From: a virus
DNA length: 64,000 nt
UHGV virus genome: UHGV-0240017
Strand: one strand, 5' to 3'
Every line of letters starts with the position of its first letter. The first letter of the stretch is position 1. This document shows, piece after piece, positions 38,465 to 47,203 of the stretch. Both the position numbers and the translations under genes were made by a program. The notes below the pieces were generated by a model, which worked only from the letters and a program-made list of their open reading frames with translations, was not told the origin of the DNA and made no database searches.

Positions 38465-38989
38465 TTAATGAGATAAATGACATGCGTATAATTGCGTCAG
38501 CACTTCGTTAGCGGCAAACTGCGTTGAGGTACTGAAGCAGTCATCCACGACGCGAGTCTTGGTACGCATATATTTAAAAAGTTCTGCGCAGAACATCTTT
38601 TTCGCAGCGTGGTCTTCACCCGAAGAAAAACCCGAACCGGACTTCGCTTCTGCAAATGACGCCACAATCGTATCACCACGTTGAGTAAACACCCAACGTA
38701 CGCGACAAGGAATTGTTTCCCCATATAAATCGTCAAGGGAAACCTTTTCGCCTGATTCGACCAGACGTAACACCTGATCATAATATTTACCTGGAAGCAC
38801 AGGCGGAGCCATCAGTGCTTTATAAATAGCAGAACGACTTACTTCAGGTAAGATAATAGAACTGAAACCATTCGGACAGTCATATAACCAGTTAAAGAAC
38901 CCTGCCTGGAGCAATTCTATACTTTTAACGGCAGCGCCTTTATCTATGTTAGGTTGAACTTCCCACGGTGGACTAAAACGAATTTGCAT
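38465..38989 (-). CDS. hypothetical protein
   Basis: 174 aa; stop lies 12 nt upstream of the capsid-like gene start. Confidence 0.55.
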   Translation of the reverse strand: MQIRFSPPWEVQPNIDKGAAVKSIELLQAGFFNWLYDCPNGFSSIILPEVSRSAIYKALMAPPVLPGKYYDQVLRLVESGEKVSLDDLYGETIPCRVRWVFTQRGDTIVASFAEAKSGSGFSSGEDHAAKKMFCAELFKYMRTKTRVVDDCFSTSTQFAANEVLTQLYACHLSH

Positions 38990-39002
38990 TTAAGGATGCT
39001 CC

Positions 39003-40565
39003 ATGAATAACAAAATGATGTTGATAACCGCCTTAGCCACATTATACGCTGAAAGTCTTCTGACCGATCCTGAAAAGGACCACGACATCATAAGAAAAGT
39101 GCTGTTAGAGGCTAAGCTTCCTGATTACGCAGAAGAAGGTGACGAACGTGCCGCCCTCGTCGAAATCAAGGATATCATCACATCCATCATAGACGGCGGT
39201 ATGCCTTACGACCACACAAACGTCATGAAACGTTTGAAACTGGCCACTACGCAAATACGTCCTCTATACGATACGATTACCAAATTCCTGGAAGATGATA
39301 TTCCAGAAGAACCAGAAGCACGCATCGAGCATCTTAATCGCCAAGTAGCACAATACTACTTTCAGTTACGTCAAGCTATTCAAGGCGTACAACTGAAACA
39401 AAAATTGGGTCGTACGTTAGGCGCACTGAACGGCACTGAAACGCGTGTTGATTTACAAACGGCGCTCAACGACCTTAAGGATACCTTATCCACGTTCAGT
39501 GAACGCTCTCATAATAAGATTCCTTCTCTGGTAGGGGAATTGATTACTGACAATAAAGCACCCTTCGTACATGTATTCGACTCTATCAGTAAGAAAGCGG
39601 CAGGGAACGGGTTGCGTACGGGCTGGAAAGCAATTAACCAAATGCTCGGTTGTAACAAAGGGATCACTGAAGAACTCTGGCTAATGCCTGCACTGCCCTT
39701 TAACTGTAAGTCATTATTCAGTTTATTGCTCTCTATTAGCATTCCTGTATTCAACACTCCAGAAAAGGTGATGGCGAATGTTAAAGGTGACTTACAACCG
39801 GTTATTCTGGATTTAAGTTTAGAAAACGAATTAGATGTTAACTTGGCTTACGCGTATCAAGCACTTTACGGACACTTTGAAGGTACAGCTCCGGTAATGG
39901 TTGCACCTGAAACAGCAACTGACGAAGAAAAAGCGCTACACAATGCACAAATGTCAGATTACCTCTGTAGTAAAATGCGGGCAAACGGTTGGGAGTATAT
40001 TTTCCAAAAACACACAAACTCCGATTTTAAAATTCACTATTTGAATGATTTGATTTTAGATTTAAAACGTCGAGGTTATCATGTAGCTGGAATACGCGGA
40101 GACTATTTCGGTACTATCAGCAAAGCAGGGCACGGTAACGGTATTGCGGGTAGCGACATTAAAGAAATTTATCGTATCGCGCGAAACATCCAAGTGGTAC
40201 GTAATCGTGGTTTCCTCTTAGCACCACACCAAATCTCACCTGAAGGCAAAAAATTAAAAGCACTCGACCCAGCAAGTTTCTGTAAGAGCTTACCTGGTCG
40301 TGGTCTTTACGACAACTGCTCTAGCTTAGACAACGAAGCTGACGGTGAGATGTATTTTAACAAACGTGTCGTCAGCGGACACAGCTATTTAGAAGTACAA
40401 CGCGGTAAACACCGTACCATTATTGACACCAAAGAAGCTTATCATTATACTGTAATACCTTTCCGTGATGTTGGCATTTTGCCTTGGGATTGTGATAAAG
40501 AAGAAACTGTAACAGCCTCGTCGATTAACGTATTTACCGGCGGCATGGGTGACGAACTCTTTTGA
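39003..40565 (+). CDS. hypothetical protein
   Basis: 520 aa; AAGGA RBS; start only 13 bp from the divergent start of 38465..38989. Confidence 0.6.
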   Translation: MNNKMMLITALATLYAESLLTDPEKDHDIIRKVLLEAKLPDYAEEGDERAALVEIKDIITSIIDGGMPYDHTNVMKRLKLATTQIRPLYDTITKFLEDDIPEEPEARIEHLNRQVAQYYFQLRQAIQGVQLKQKLGRTLGALNGTETRVDLQTALNDLKDTLSTFSERSHNKIPSLVGELITDNKAPFVHVFDSISKKAAGNGLRTGWKAINQMLGCNKGITEELWLMPALPFNCKSLFSLLLSISIPVFNTPEKVMANVKGDLQPVILDLSLENELDVNLAYAYQALYGHFEGTAPVMVAPETATDEEKALHNAQMSDYLCSKMRANGWEYIFQKHTNSDFKIHYLNDLILDLKRRGYHVAGIRGDYFGTISKAGHGNGIAGSDIKEIYRIARNIQVVRNRGFLLAPHQISPEGKKLKALDPASFCKSLPGRGLYDNCSSLDNEADGEMYFNKRVVSGHSYLEVQRGKHRTIIDTKEAYHYTVIPFRDVGILPWDCDKEETVTASSINVFTGGMGDELF

Positions 40566-40668
40566 GTCTGGGGAGCTTCGGCTCCCCCTATAACCCCTTA
40601 TGCGTCTCGAAAAGCAAAAAAAAACAGAAGACTATTAATTATGAACGGAAAACAACTACCGAACTAAG

Positions 40669-40700
40669 CAGGGGGTGGTAGCAACACCCCCTTTATTAGT
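40669..40700. terminator. GC-rich hairpin terminator
   Basis: cagggggtg-gtagcaa-caccccc followed by tttatt. Confidence 0.5.
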
Positions 40701-40707
40701 TAGTAAC

Positions 40708-40875
40708 TTATCTCCTTACAGGTGGTTGGTGAACATTGTGGTTGTTAACCGTTTTCGGTGCCGCAACGAGGCCGAGACGAACATATTCGTCCATGCGTTG
40801 GTTAAACTGAATTTGTTTCTCACGATTTCGCATCGCGGTATTGAACATCTGTATTTGATATTCGTTCATTTTCAT
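40708..40875 (-). CDS. small protein, diverged/frameshifted member of a 3-gene paralog family (copy A)
   Basis: ORF track 40708..40923; likely start MKMNEY at 40875. Shares RLGL and 3'-end nucleotides with copies B and C but the C-terminal half is read in a shifted frame. Confidence 0.4.
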   Translation of the reverse strand: MKMNEYQIQMFNTAMRNREKQIQFNQRMDEYVRLGLVAAPKTVNNHNVHQPPVRR

Positions 40876-40923
40876 TACCTTTTGTAATGTTGTAAAAACG
40901 TCAACAACTTTATGCGTTGACAC

Positions 40924-41020
40924 CGTACAGTAGAGACTGGTGGAACAGCCTCTACTGCTTTAACTTCTCTTTGGAAAAGTTAAAGCTAAGAAAAGGGGTG
41001 GTGGTGCACCCCTTTTTATT
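40924..41020. repeat. structured repeat unit of three hairpins (cassette copy 1)
   Basis: gtagagactggtggaacagcctctac; gctttaactt-ctctttggaaa-agttaaagc; ggggtg-gtggtg-cacccc plus T-run. Confidence 0.6.
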
Positions 41021-41092
41021 ATACCTACGACCACCATCTCGGCAGGTTACTGTACGAGGAGGAGGGGCGTGTCAGCGTCCCTCCTTTATTTG

Positions 41093-41266
41093 TTAGTAGT
41101 GTTCACTCCTCTTTTCAGTGAATATCTGCGTGAAACGGTTGGTAGACGGTTTTAACCGTTTATCCATGCCGAGCTGACTATACTTGTAGATACGTTGCTG
41201 TAAATTGGTCTTTGCTGCACTCTGTTCTGCAAGCATTTTGTCAGTAAAGTAGTAACCATTGTTCAT
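41093..41266 (-). CDS. small basic protein, paralog family copy B (57 aa)
   Basis: Own translation MNNGYYFTDKMLAEQSAAKTNLQQRIYKYSQLGMDKRLKPSTNRFTQIFTEKRSEHY; GAGGG RBS; below ORF-track size cutoff. Confidence 0.5.
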   Translation of the reverse strand: MNNGYYFTDKMLAEQSAAKTNLQQRIYKYSQLGMDKRLKPSTNRFTQIFTEKRSEHY

Positions 41267-41311
41267 GGTAAGCCCTCTTTGTAGGGTGATTAAAGAAATC
41301 CACTACGGAAA

Positions 41312-41425
41312 CGTGGTGGTGCTGTAAAGGGTACGCTGGTGCTACAGCGTACCCTGCTTTAACTTCTCTTTTCGAAAAGTTAAAGCTTTGATAAGGGGTG
41401 TGACGCCACCCCTTTATTTTATTTA
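41312..41425. repeat. structured repeat unit of three hairpins (cassette copy 2)
   Basis: gggtacgctg-gtgcta-cagcgtaccc; gctttaactt-ctcttttcgaaa-agttaaagc; ggggtg-tgacgc-cacccc. Confidence 0.6.
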
Positions 41426-41432
41426 GTAGTTA

Positions 41433-41603
41433 CTTCTCCTTTCGGTGAAGATTTGTACTCGAGGATTATTAGAAGGTTTAAGCCTTTTATTTAATCCTAG
41501 CTGTTGAACTTCTCTTAATCGTTCATTAAACCTCGCTTGTTCTGCATAGCTGTTCGAGATAGAAGTAAAGATACGTGTATTGTTGTTAGTCATGTTAAAA
41601 CCT
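41433..41603 (-). CDS. small basic protein, paralog family copy C (56 aa)
   Basis: Own translation MTNNNTRIFTSISNSYAEQARFNERLREVQQLGLNKRLKPSNNPRVQIFTERRSNY; differences from copy B are mostly synonymous or conservative. Confidence 0.5.
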
Positions 41604-41649
41604 CACACGAGTTGGGTATTAAGCTATTACGTACCGGTAATAGCGACAA

Positions 41650-41745
41650 GTAGGGACTGCTGGTACAGTCTCTACTGCTTTATCTTCTCTTTCGAAAAGA
41701 TAAAGCGCCTAAGGGGAATGTTGGCGCACTCCCCTTTAGGTTGTT
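41650..41745. repeat. structured repeat unit of three hairpins (cassette copy 3)
   Basis: gtagggactgctggtacagtctctac; gctttatctt-ctctttcgaaa-agataaagc (compensatory change versus copies 1 and 2); gggga-atgttggcgcac-tcccc. Confidence 0.6.
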
Positions 41746-41841
41746 ACCTCCTTTCAACTATCAACCGGGTGTTTCTTGGGTATGCAACCGACGAAACAGC
41801 AGTTCATGTTTCATGAACTTATCCCCTATGTTGAATTTGCG

Positions 41842-41884
41842 AAAATAAATAAAGTGTACCCCTAATCCCGAAAAGGATTAGGGG
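41842..41884 (-). terminator. intrinsic terminator
   Basis: cccctaatcc-cgaaaag-gattagggg hairpin preceded on the plus strand by an A/T run. Confidence 0.65.
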
Positions 41885-41890
41885 TTGCTT

Positions 41891-42706
41891 TTATTTAGTC
41901 GCTACGTATTGAACATGGCCACATTCCTTACATTCCACGTTGGCTTTCGGGATTGTCAGGCCGGTTAAAGGAACACGTATTTGATACTGCGCTCCACATT
42001 CTTCACAAACAAAGTCGTATTCTGGATAGACACGACCTTCTAATTTCTCTTCTTTCCTTAGTGTGCCTGCTAAGAACAGCATCGCACCTAACGCTTCATT
42101 AATCTGCTGTTCCCATTCTCCGTCTAACGGGTAAGCGAACGCACGAGTCAACGTTTCCACCATCTCTGGGGTATTACTTACATAAACGTGTTTCAGTTCA
42201 AACTCAACACGTTGTAAACCAAACAATACGCGCGCTGTTACCGTAACGTTATCTAATGTTTGTGCAAACACAACGGGATTATCGTCACCGTACATCGCGA
42301 ATAACGCAGCACGTTCGTATTCGATATCACTCCACTCGATTAGTTCTACAGATTTAATCGCTTCCGCAATCTCAGCATTACCGAACGTTTCATGTTCCAA
42401 TAATCCGACGATAACTTCATTCAACGATTTCAATTGCTGTAAACGAATCGCAGGATCGGTGTTCACGATAAGCAAACGATGCATTCTGGATTTCAACCAG
42501 TTAATCGTTCCTTCTACACCACCCCCAAACGAGCAGATGCTTATCACTTCAGGTTCGCGAAGGATAAGAGTGGATTTTCCTGCTGCCGTACTCAAGTAGA
42601 GTTTAAAAGACTTATCGTTAGACTCTGCAACGATGGCAATGTCTTCAGTTGGAACGAAGTTTTCATTGCTCAGCCCACGCGGAAAATAATCTTTAATAGT
42701 AATCAT
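41891..42706 (-). CDS. hypothetical protein with C-terminal zinc-ribbon-like motif
   Basis: 271 aa; C-terminal CEECGAQY...CKECGH. Confidence 0.55.
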   Translation of the reverse strand: MITIKDYFPRGLSNENFVPTEDIAIVAESNDKSFKLYLSTAAGKSTLILREPEVISICSFGGGVEGTINWLKSRMHRLLIVNTDPAIRLQQLKSLNEVIVGLLEHETFGNAEIAEAIKSVELIEWSDIEYERAALFAMYGDDNPVVFAQTLDNVTVTARVLFGLQRVEFELKHVYVSNTPEMVETLTRAFAYPLDGEWEQQINEALGAMLFLAGTLRKEEKLEGRVYPEYDFVCEECGAQYQIRVPLTGLTIPKANVECKECGHVQYVATK

Positions 42707-42721
42707 CTTTTATGCTCCAAT

Positions 42722-42753
42722 TAATAAAAAAATTAAGGGCACCCGAAGGTGCC
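42722..42753 (-). terminator. intrinsic terminator (UUCG loop)
   Basis: gggcacc-cgaa-ggtgcc with an upstream plus-strand A-run. Confidence 0.65.
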
Positions 42754-42760
42754 TTATACA

Positions 42761-42904
42761 TTAACCACGACCAGTGCACTGTGCAACGGAATTACCGTTG
42801 TCGATGCAAGTGTCGTAGCCTTTGTCGATATCCAGGTACAGGCAACCCAGAACAACAGCGATAACAACAGCGAAGATAGCTTTTTTGTGTTTTACAGAAA
42901 TCAT
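42761..42904 (-). CDS. small membrane/lipoprotein-like peptide (47 aa)
   Basis: Own translation MISVKHKKAIFAVVIAVVLGCLYLDIDKGYDTCIDNGNSVAQCTGRG; signal-peptide-like N-terminus with VLGC lipobox-like site and 4 Cys; AGGAG RBS; conserved promoter-like motif upstream; not in ORF track (<60 aa). Confidence 0.5.
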   Translation of the reverse strand: MISVKHKKAIFAVVIAVVLGCLYLDIDKGYDTCIDNGNSVAQCTGRG

Positions 42905-42949
42905 GATATAACTCCTAATTAGGTATTCGATAAATGAGTATTACGTAAA

Positions 42950-42977
42950 CTCTCACCTAGGTAATATATATCTGAAA
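42950..42977 (-). promoter_or_regulatory. conserved promoter-like motif (coding strand TCAGATATATATTACCTAGGTGAGAG)
   Basis: Near-identical to the copies at 15795 and 51206; 46 nt upstream of the small-peptide start. Confidence 0.55.
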
Positions 42978-43092
42978 TCTTTTTGAATCCATATACCCTC
43001 TAGAACGCTCTAAAACGCATTCTAACGCAATTTTCTTTTTAAAGGGTAATTAGTCGTCTTAATGGAGAAATGACTTCTGTGTGGCGTTTAGG

Positions 43093-43135
43093 AATAAATA
43101 AAAGGTATTCCCGTTACCCACAGAGGTAACGGGAA
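43093..43135 (-). terminator. intrinsic terminator
   Basis: ttcccgttacc-cacaga-ggtaacgggaa hairpin preceded on the plus strand by an A-run. Confidence 0.65.
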
Positions 43136-43139
43136 GTTT

Positions 43140-43946
43140 TTACAGACCTTGCATCTTATCCATTACAGCGATTTCAGGATCGCTAATGCCCGTCTTCGAA
43201 GAAATCATAAAGCGCTTATCGCTAATAGCTTCTACGGATTCGCGAATAAACAATGACTTTTCTTCCGCAACAGGAAGAATAGAATCGTTATCCTGCGGAC
43301 CCACAAGCTGGCAACTGAAAGGTACATAGCTGTTGAAGGTCACATAAGGACCTAACTGCAAGACCGGATACACTTCATTAAAGTTATTTGATGTACCGCT
43401 GTCTGTAGAAATAACAGAATAGCGCACCACCGCACGAACCGCTGTTGTGTATTCAGGATCGCGGGCTTCACCCACCACGGTAAAACGAAACGCATTGAAG
43501 TCGTAGTCTTCCGACTCACTAAAGTGAGAGGGGAGAATACGTTCAATATACTGAGGATAGGTTTCTTGTTGCCCTGGAATAACTGCTGCAGCTAATTTCT
43601 GAGCATAGAAGTAACAATAAGCAAAGCCGTATTGCGCTTCTAAAGCACCAGACACCACGGCGGTTGTGATCGCGTGCAGGAACAACAAATGACCTAACGT
43701 CCCTTTTTCTTCGATTGGTAATAAGCGACAATTCTGTACACCGTCTACGGTATAAATAACAGAAATCGTTTTGTCAGCACTGGACGCCATGATGTAGTCC
43801 AACTGGCGTTGTTCGCCACCAGGAATAACATTAAGGCAACGTTCTAACAACTTCGACGGTTTCGAAAAATTCTCTTCTTCGAACTTGTCGATTTGGATTA
43901 ACGTTTGGCCAGACATTCTGAAAGTAAGTAGATTACTCATTAACAA
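43140..43946 (-). CDS. hypothetical protein (virion/morphogenesis candidate)
   Basis: 268-aa ORF. Confidence 0.55.
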   Translation of the reverse strand: MLMSNLLTFRMSGQTLIQIDKFEEENFSKPSKLLERCLNVIPGGEQRQLDYIMASSADKTISVIYTVDGVQNCRLLPIEEKGTLGHLLFLHAITTAVVSGALEAQYGFAYCYFYAQKLAAAVIPGQQETYPQYIERILPSHFSESEDYDFNAFRFTVVGEARDPEYTTAVRAVVRYSVISTDSGTSNNFNEVYPVLQLGPYVTFNSYVPFSCQLVGPQDNDSILPVAEEKSLFIRESVEAISDKRFMISSKTGISDPEIAVMDKMQGL

Positions 43947-43972
43947 ATCCTTTAGGTTACGGACGACATAAT

Positions 43973-45292
43973 TTACGTAGCGGTTGTAAATTTTTCATTA
44001 GTCAACCACAACGTCAATTGACTAATGGTATTAAATTGTGGGGACGCCATCGAACCACCGTCAACGGCAGCTTGGAAAACTTCACCAACCAACGTCCCAT
44101 AACGAGTGTATACACCGTAATTATTCGCATACAGATATTTTACTGCCATACCCGGCTGCAATAAACCGTACGCTGAACGGTTCCAGGTCGTTGCGGTCAG
44201 TGTCCCTCTGGCGGCAGCCAACTTAGAACGACGAGGTTTATCCGTGTCGCTGAAATGCTCGTTTGGATCAATAGGTGCATTAACAACACCACCGGGGTAC
44301 TGTGTAGGGTCTGCTGCCGAAACAAACGAATCTGACGTCGTTGCTGAAACGTCGCCTGGAGAGAAAGAACTTGCACGTCCATCTAAGGCACGGATTGAAC
44401 CCACACGGTAACCCGTTCCCTGATTTAGCGCAAGGGCGTCTTTGTCTTCGAAGGTGAGAACATCGCCACCACAAATCAGATAAATGACGTCACCTGCAAT
44501 GTGACACGTTTTATCTAAATAGGCAACCTTCTCTCTTGGAAGGTTAATTACCACCAGTTTCTTTTTCGCCGTAGAGAATTTCTTAGAATCCCACGGCTGA
44601 AAGATATGCCAACGGTGTTTATACAAGAAGACACCTAATCCTTGGCTATACACACCGTAACGGTTCTGAATGAAATCGAAAACCGAAAGAAAACTTTGCG
44701 AATCGGGAATCAAAATGTCGCGATAAGGCTGTTGTTCTTCTTCCTCGTATTCCACACCAACCAACTGACCTTCTGGTGCATCCCCGGTAGGTAATGTGTC
44801 AGCAAGTAATGCACGAACGACACTTAATCCATCGGTTTCGTGGTAAATCCCTCCTACCTGACGACAACGAAGGAACCACATCGATTCGTCCATCAGTTCC
44901 AACGTTACCACGCCCAACCCTTTTTGGTCAGATTCACCCAAAAACATTGTAGGTGATTCCATATCAGGATCGTGGTTGTTAACCACAATTCCTCGGTAGT
45001 TCAGTTGGGCAATGGTTTTCTTGTTCATTGTCCGCATCAGGATTTTAACTGATAAATCCCCTTCTGCCGACGACGTAAGAATACGTTGCTGGCTCAGTGG
45101 AATCACCACACTGAGGTGCGTGATGGTCGTTAAATCCTGAGCGAAATTACTGGCATGGATTATCGACATGGTTTTGTAAACGTCAATCGTCACCCCACGA
45201 ACCGTGATAAGGGGTACGTAGTCGATGGCCGGTAATCCCGCCGCTTGTGCAATGTGCACGTTTGCTATGTTCTGTAACCGACCAAACGACAT
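43973..45292 (-). CDS. hypothetical protein (virion/morphogenesis candidate)
   Basis: 439-aa ORF. Confidence 0.55.
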   Translation of the reverse strand: MSFGRLQNIANVHIAQAAGLPAIDYVPLITVRGVTIDVYKTMSIIHASNFAQDLTTITHLSVVIPLSQQRILTSSAEGDLSVKILMRTMNKKTIAQLNYRGIVVNNHDPDMESPTMFLGESDQKGLGVVTLELMDESMWFLRCRQVGGIYHETDGLSVVRALLADTLPTGDAPEGQLVGVEYEEEEQQPYRDILIPDSQSFLSVFDFIQNRYGVYSQGLGVFLYKHRWHIFQPWDSKKFSTAKKKLVVINLPREKVAYLDKTCHIAGDVIYLICGGDVLTFEDKDALALNQGTGYRVGSIRALDGRASSFSPGDVSATTSDSFVSAADPTQYPGGVVNAPIDPNEHFSDTDKPRRSKLAAARGTLTATTWNRSAYGLLQPGMAVKYLYANNYGVYTRYGTLVGEVFQAAVDGGSMASPQFNTISQLTLWLTNEKFTTAT

Positions 45293-45804
45293 TACAGAAT
45301 TCCTCCACGTCTACGGTATATCTGTTCAATACGGTGCATAATCGTATCGTTGAACTGATGCCGTTCTGTTTCCAATCGGACTTCGCCAAATAACGCTTGT
45401 ACGGAAACCGCCATCGTTACTTCAGGTTTCTTAAAGTAACCATAACGGTTCGCTACCGGGAACAGTTTACGCGCTAACGCATTAAACTGACGCAAGCCCT
45501 CCATAGGGACTTTACGTACCGTTAAGTGCGGGGTCTGCATGTAATTTAGCCAATCAGCTAAGTGTTCCATGATATACCCGTACACGATAATCCCGTCATG
45601 TGGGTCGTGGACGTCTAACGCCGCGCCCGATTCTGCATAAACCGCAACTTCGAAAGGTCGCATGTATACGGTCTTTTTATTGAGCAGTATCGCGCGTGCT
45701 TTTTTCTCGTCTTCCGGTAAGAACAACCCATGTTCCTGAGACATGTACGTTGAAATCGTCGTCCATTCAGGAACACGCCATCCCACCCACTTGTGAAACA
45801 GCAT
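45292..45804 (-). CDS. hypothetical protein
   Basis: ORF track 45292..45933 overlaps the upstream gene by ~100 nt; internal ATG at 45804 (MLFHKW...) removes the overlap. Start uncertain. Confidence 0.45.
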   Translation of the reverse strand: MLFHKWVGWRVPEWTTISTYMSQEHGLFLPEDEKKARAILLNKKTVYMRPFEVAVYAESGAALDVHDPHDGIIVYGYIMEHLADWLNYMQTPHLTVRKVPMEGLRQFNALARKLFPVANRYGYFKKPEVTMAVSVQALFGEVRLETERHQFNDTIMHRIEQIYRRRGGIL

Positions 45805-45832
45805 AAATGCTGCGCTACGTTTTTCAGCCACG

Positions 45833-47203
45833 TTAATCCCTCGCATACCGTAACAACAAATACACCATCGGAATGTAATAGAATTGCGCATCCTTCGGCA
45901 AACGGTAAACTTCTTCAAACAACCGCAACGCAATTACTGTCGACAGTGGACGCTTATTCAGATAGAGATATAAACCGTATTCTAATAACGAACTGTACGA
46001 ACCCTCGTAAAACGTTGGGCTTAACAAATACGGCTTGTAGGTCAGCGGTAAAAACGCAGGGATCGATTCACCTTCGTTACCCCGATAGTTTTCCACTTCA
46101 ACCGGTTCAAACTCCGTCCACTTCGGCCACTGTCCAGGAAAACGTTGTGCCATCCCATAACCTGGTTTTAATTCATCGGTAAAGAATCGGGTATCCGAAA
46201 TTAATGACCAGGTCACAGAATTCCGATGCTGCATCGTGCGGAAGGTTTTTACCTGCCAGACGCTGGAATCACGTTTGTAATCCGCTAAGAACGTTGGCGA
46301 TTGATTTAACAATGCTGTCCAGACCGTTTCAATATCTTCCACACGCATCGGTGGATGCGGGTAGATTTGAATATCTTTACCGACGGTCCGTAAGCCTACA
46401 GAGCGTACAAACTGTGCCAAGAACACATCGTAATACGCGCGACTACGCAACCCATCGCTGTGCCGATCGTGCGGGAAAAGCAACGTTGCCGTTTCCCCAT
46501 CGTAAAACCGTTTTACGTAAGTCTGTTCAATGTCTGCAATCGCATCAACGACCTTCAAAAACGCACGATATTCTTTCGGTGTCAGTAACGTATCACCGCC
46601 CGTCCAGGCACGTTCAGAAACGTAATAATACTCACGGACCGTACACCGGCGAATGGTTTCTGCAACTTCTGGATCAACTTCAAACAGCAATGTATACTCG
46701 ATGTTATACGTTGCAATTTTGTTATTGGACATCCGTACGACGTTCGTGACGTTGAACAACGCGAACCGACCGTCCCCAATCGGGGCAACGAAAAAACACC
46801 CTTCGTTGGGAATCACCGAGTTCGCCATTGTTGCGGCACCGGACATGGTGAACGTTTTGTTCGTTGTATCCTGAGAACGATCTAACGGTGTAGTAACCCG
46901 CAATTCTAACCCGATGATTTTCTCTACTTGCTGGTCAGGCGTAAGTACCTTCGAATCGAAGAATTTCTTCGCGTCGTTACGCCCTTTCAGGAAATTAAAG
47001 AAATCCACTGTCCAGGAAGACCCTTCCAGGTACTTCATCAGGTACTGTTTCGGTATACGCTCTAAATCCGTCACCGTTGTACGTGTCGGTTGTGTCACCA
47101 CGTTCGTGGTTTCTTTCACACCGTCTTGCGGTTTATTCAACTCAGGGATCGGGCGTTCCACCGGTTCGAAAGAAGACGGTTTATCACGCTTCGCTTTGAG
47201 CAT
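45833..47203 (-). CDS. hypothetical protein (virion/morphogenesis candidate)
   Basis: 456-aa ORF. Confidence 0.55.
   Translation of the reverse strand: MLKAKRDKPSSFEPVERPIPELNKPQDGVKETTNVVTQPTRTTVTDLERIPKQYLMKYLEGSSWTVDFFNFLKGRNDAKKFFDSKVLTPDQQVEKIIGLELRVTTPLDRSQDTTNKTFTMSGAATMANSVIPNEGCFFVAPIGDGRFALFNVTNVVRMSNNKIATYNIEYTLLFEVDPEVAETIRRCTVREYYYVSERAWTGGDTLLTPKEYRAFLKVVDAIADIEQTYVKRFYDGETATLLFPHDRHSDGLRSRAYYDVFLAQFVRSVGLRTVGKDIQIYPHPPMRVEDIETVWTALLNQSPTFLADYKRDSSVWQVKTFRTMQHRNSVTWSLISDTRFFTDELKPGYGMAQRFPGQWPKWTEFEPVEVENYRGNEGESIPAFLPLTYKPYLLSPTFYEGSYSSLLEYGLYLYLNKRPLSTVIALRLFEEVYRLPKDAQFYYIPMVYLLLRYARD

Noticed and set aside
36218-38476. 752-aa plus-strand ORF
   Set aside because: Exactly antisense to the strongly codon-biased capsid-like gene; low-complexity Val/Phe/Thr-rich translation, no RBS or terminator of its own. 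Artefact of codon bias.
40590-41890. Possible tRNA cluster or CRISPR array in the structured intergenic cassette
   Set aside because: Hairpins do not form cloverleaf-like acceptor/T-arm arrangements and no GTTCGAATC-like T-loop was seen; repeat units are about 340 bp and contain conserved small ORFs, unlike CRISPR repeats.
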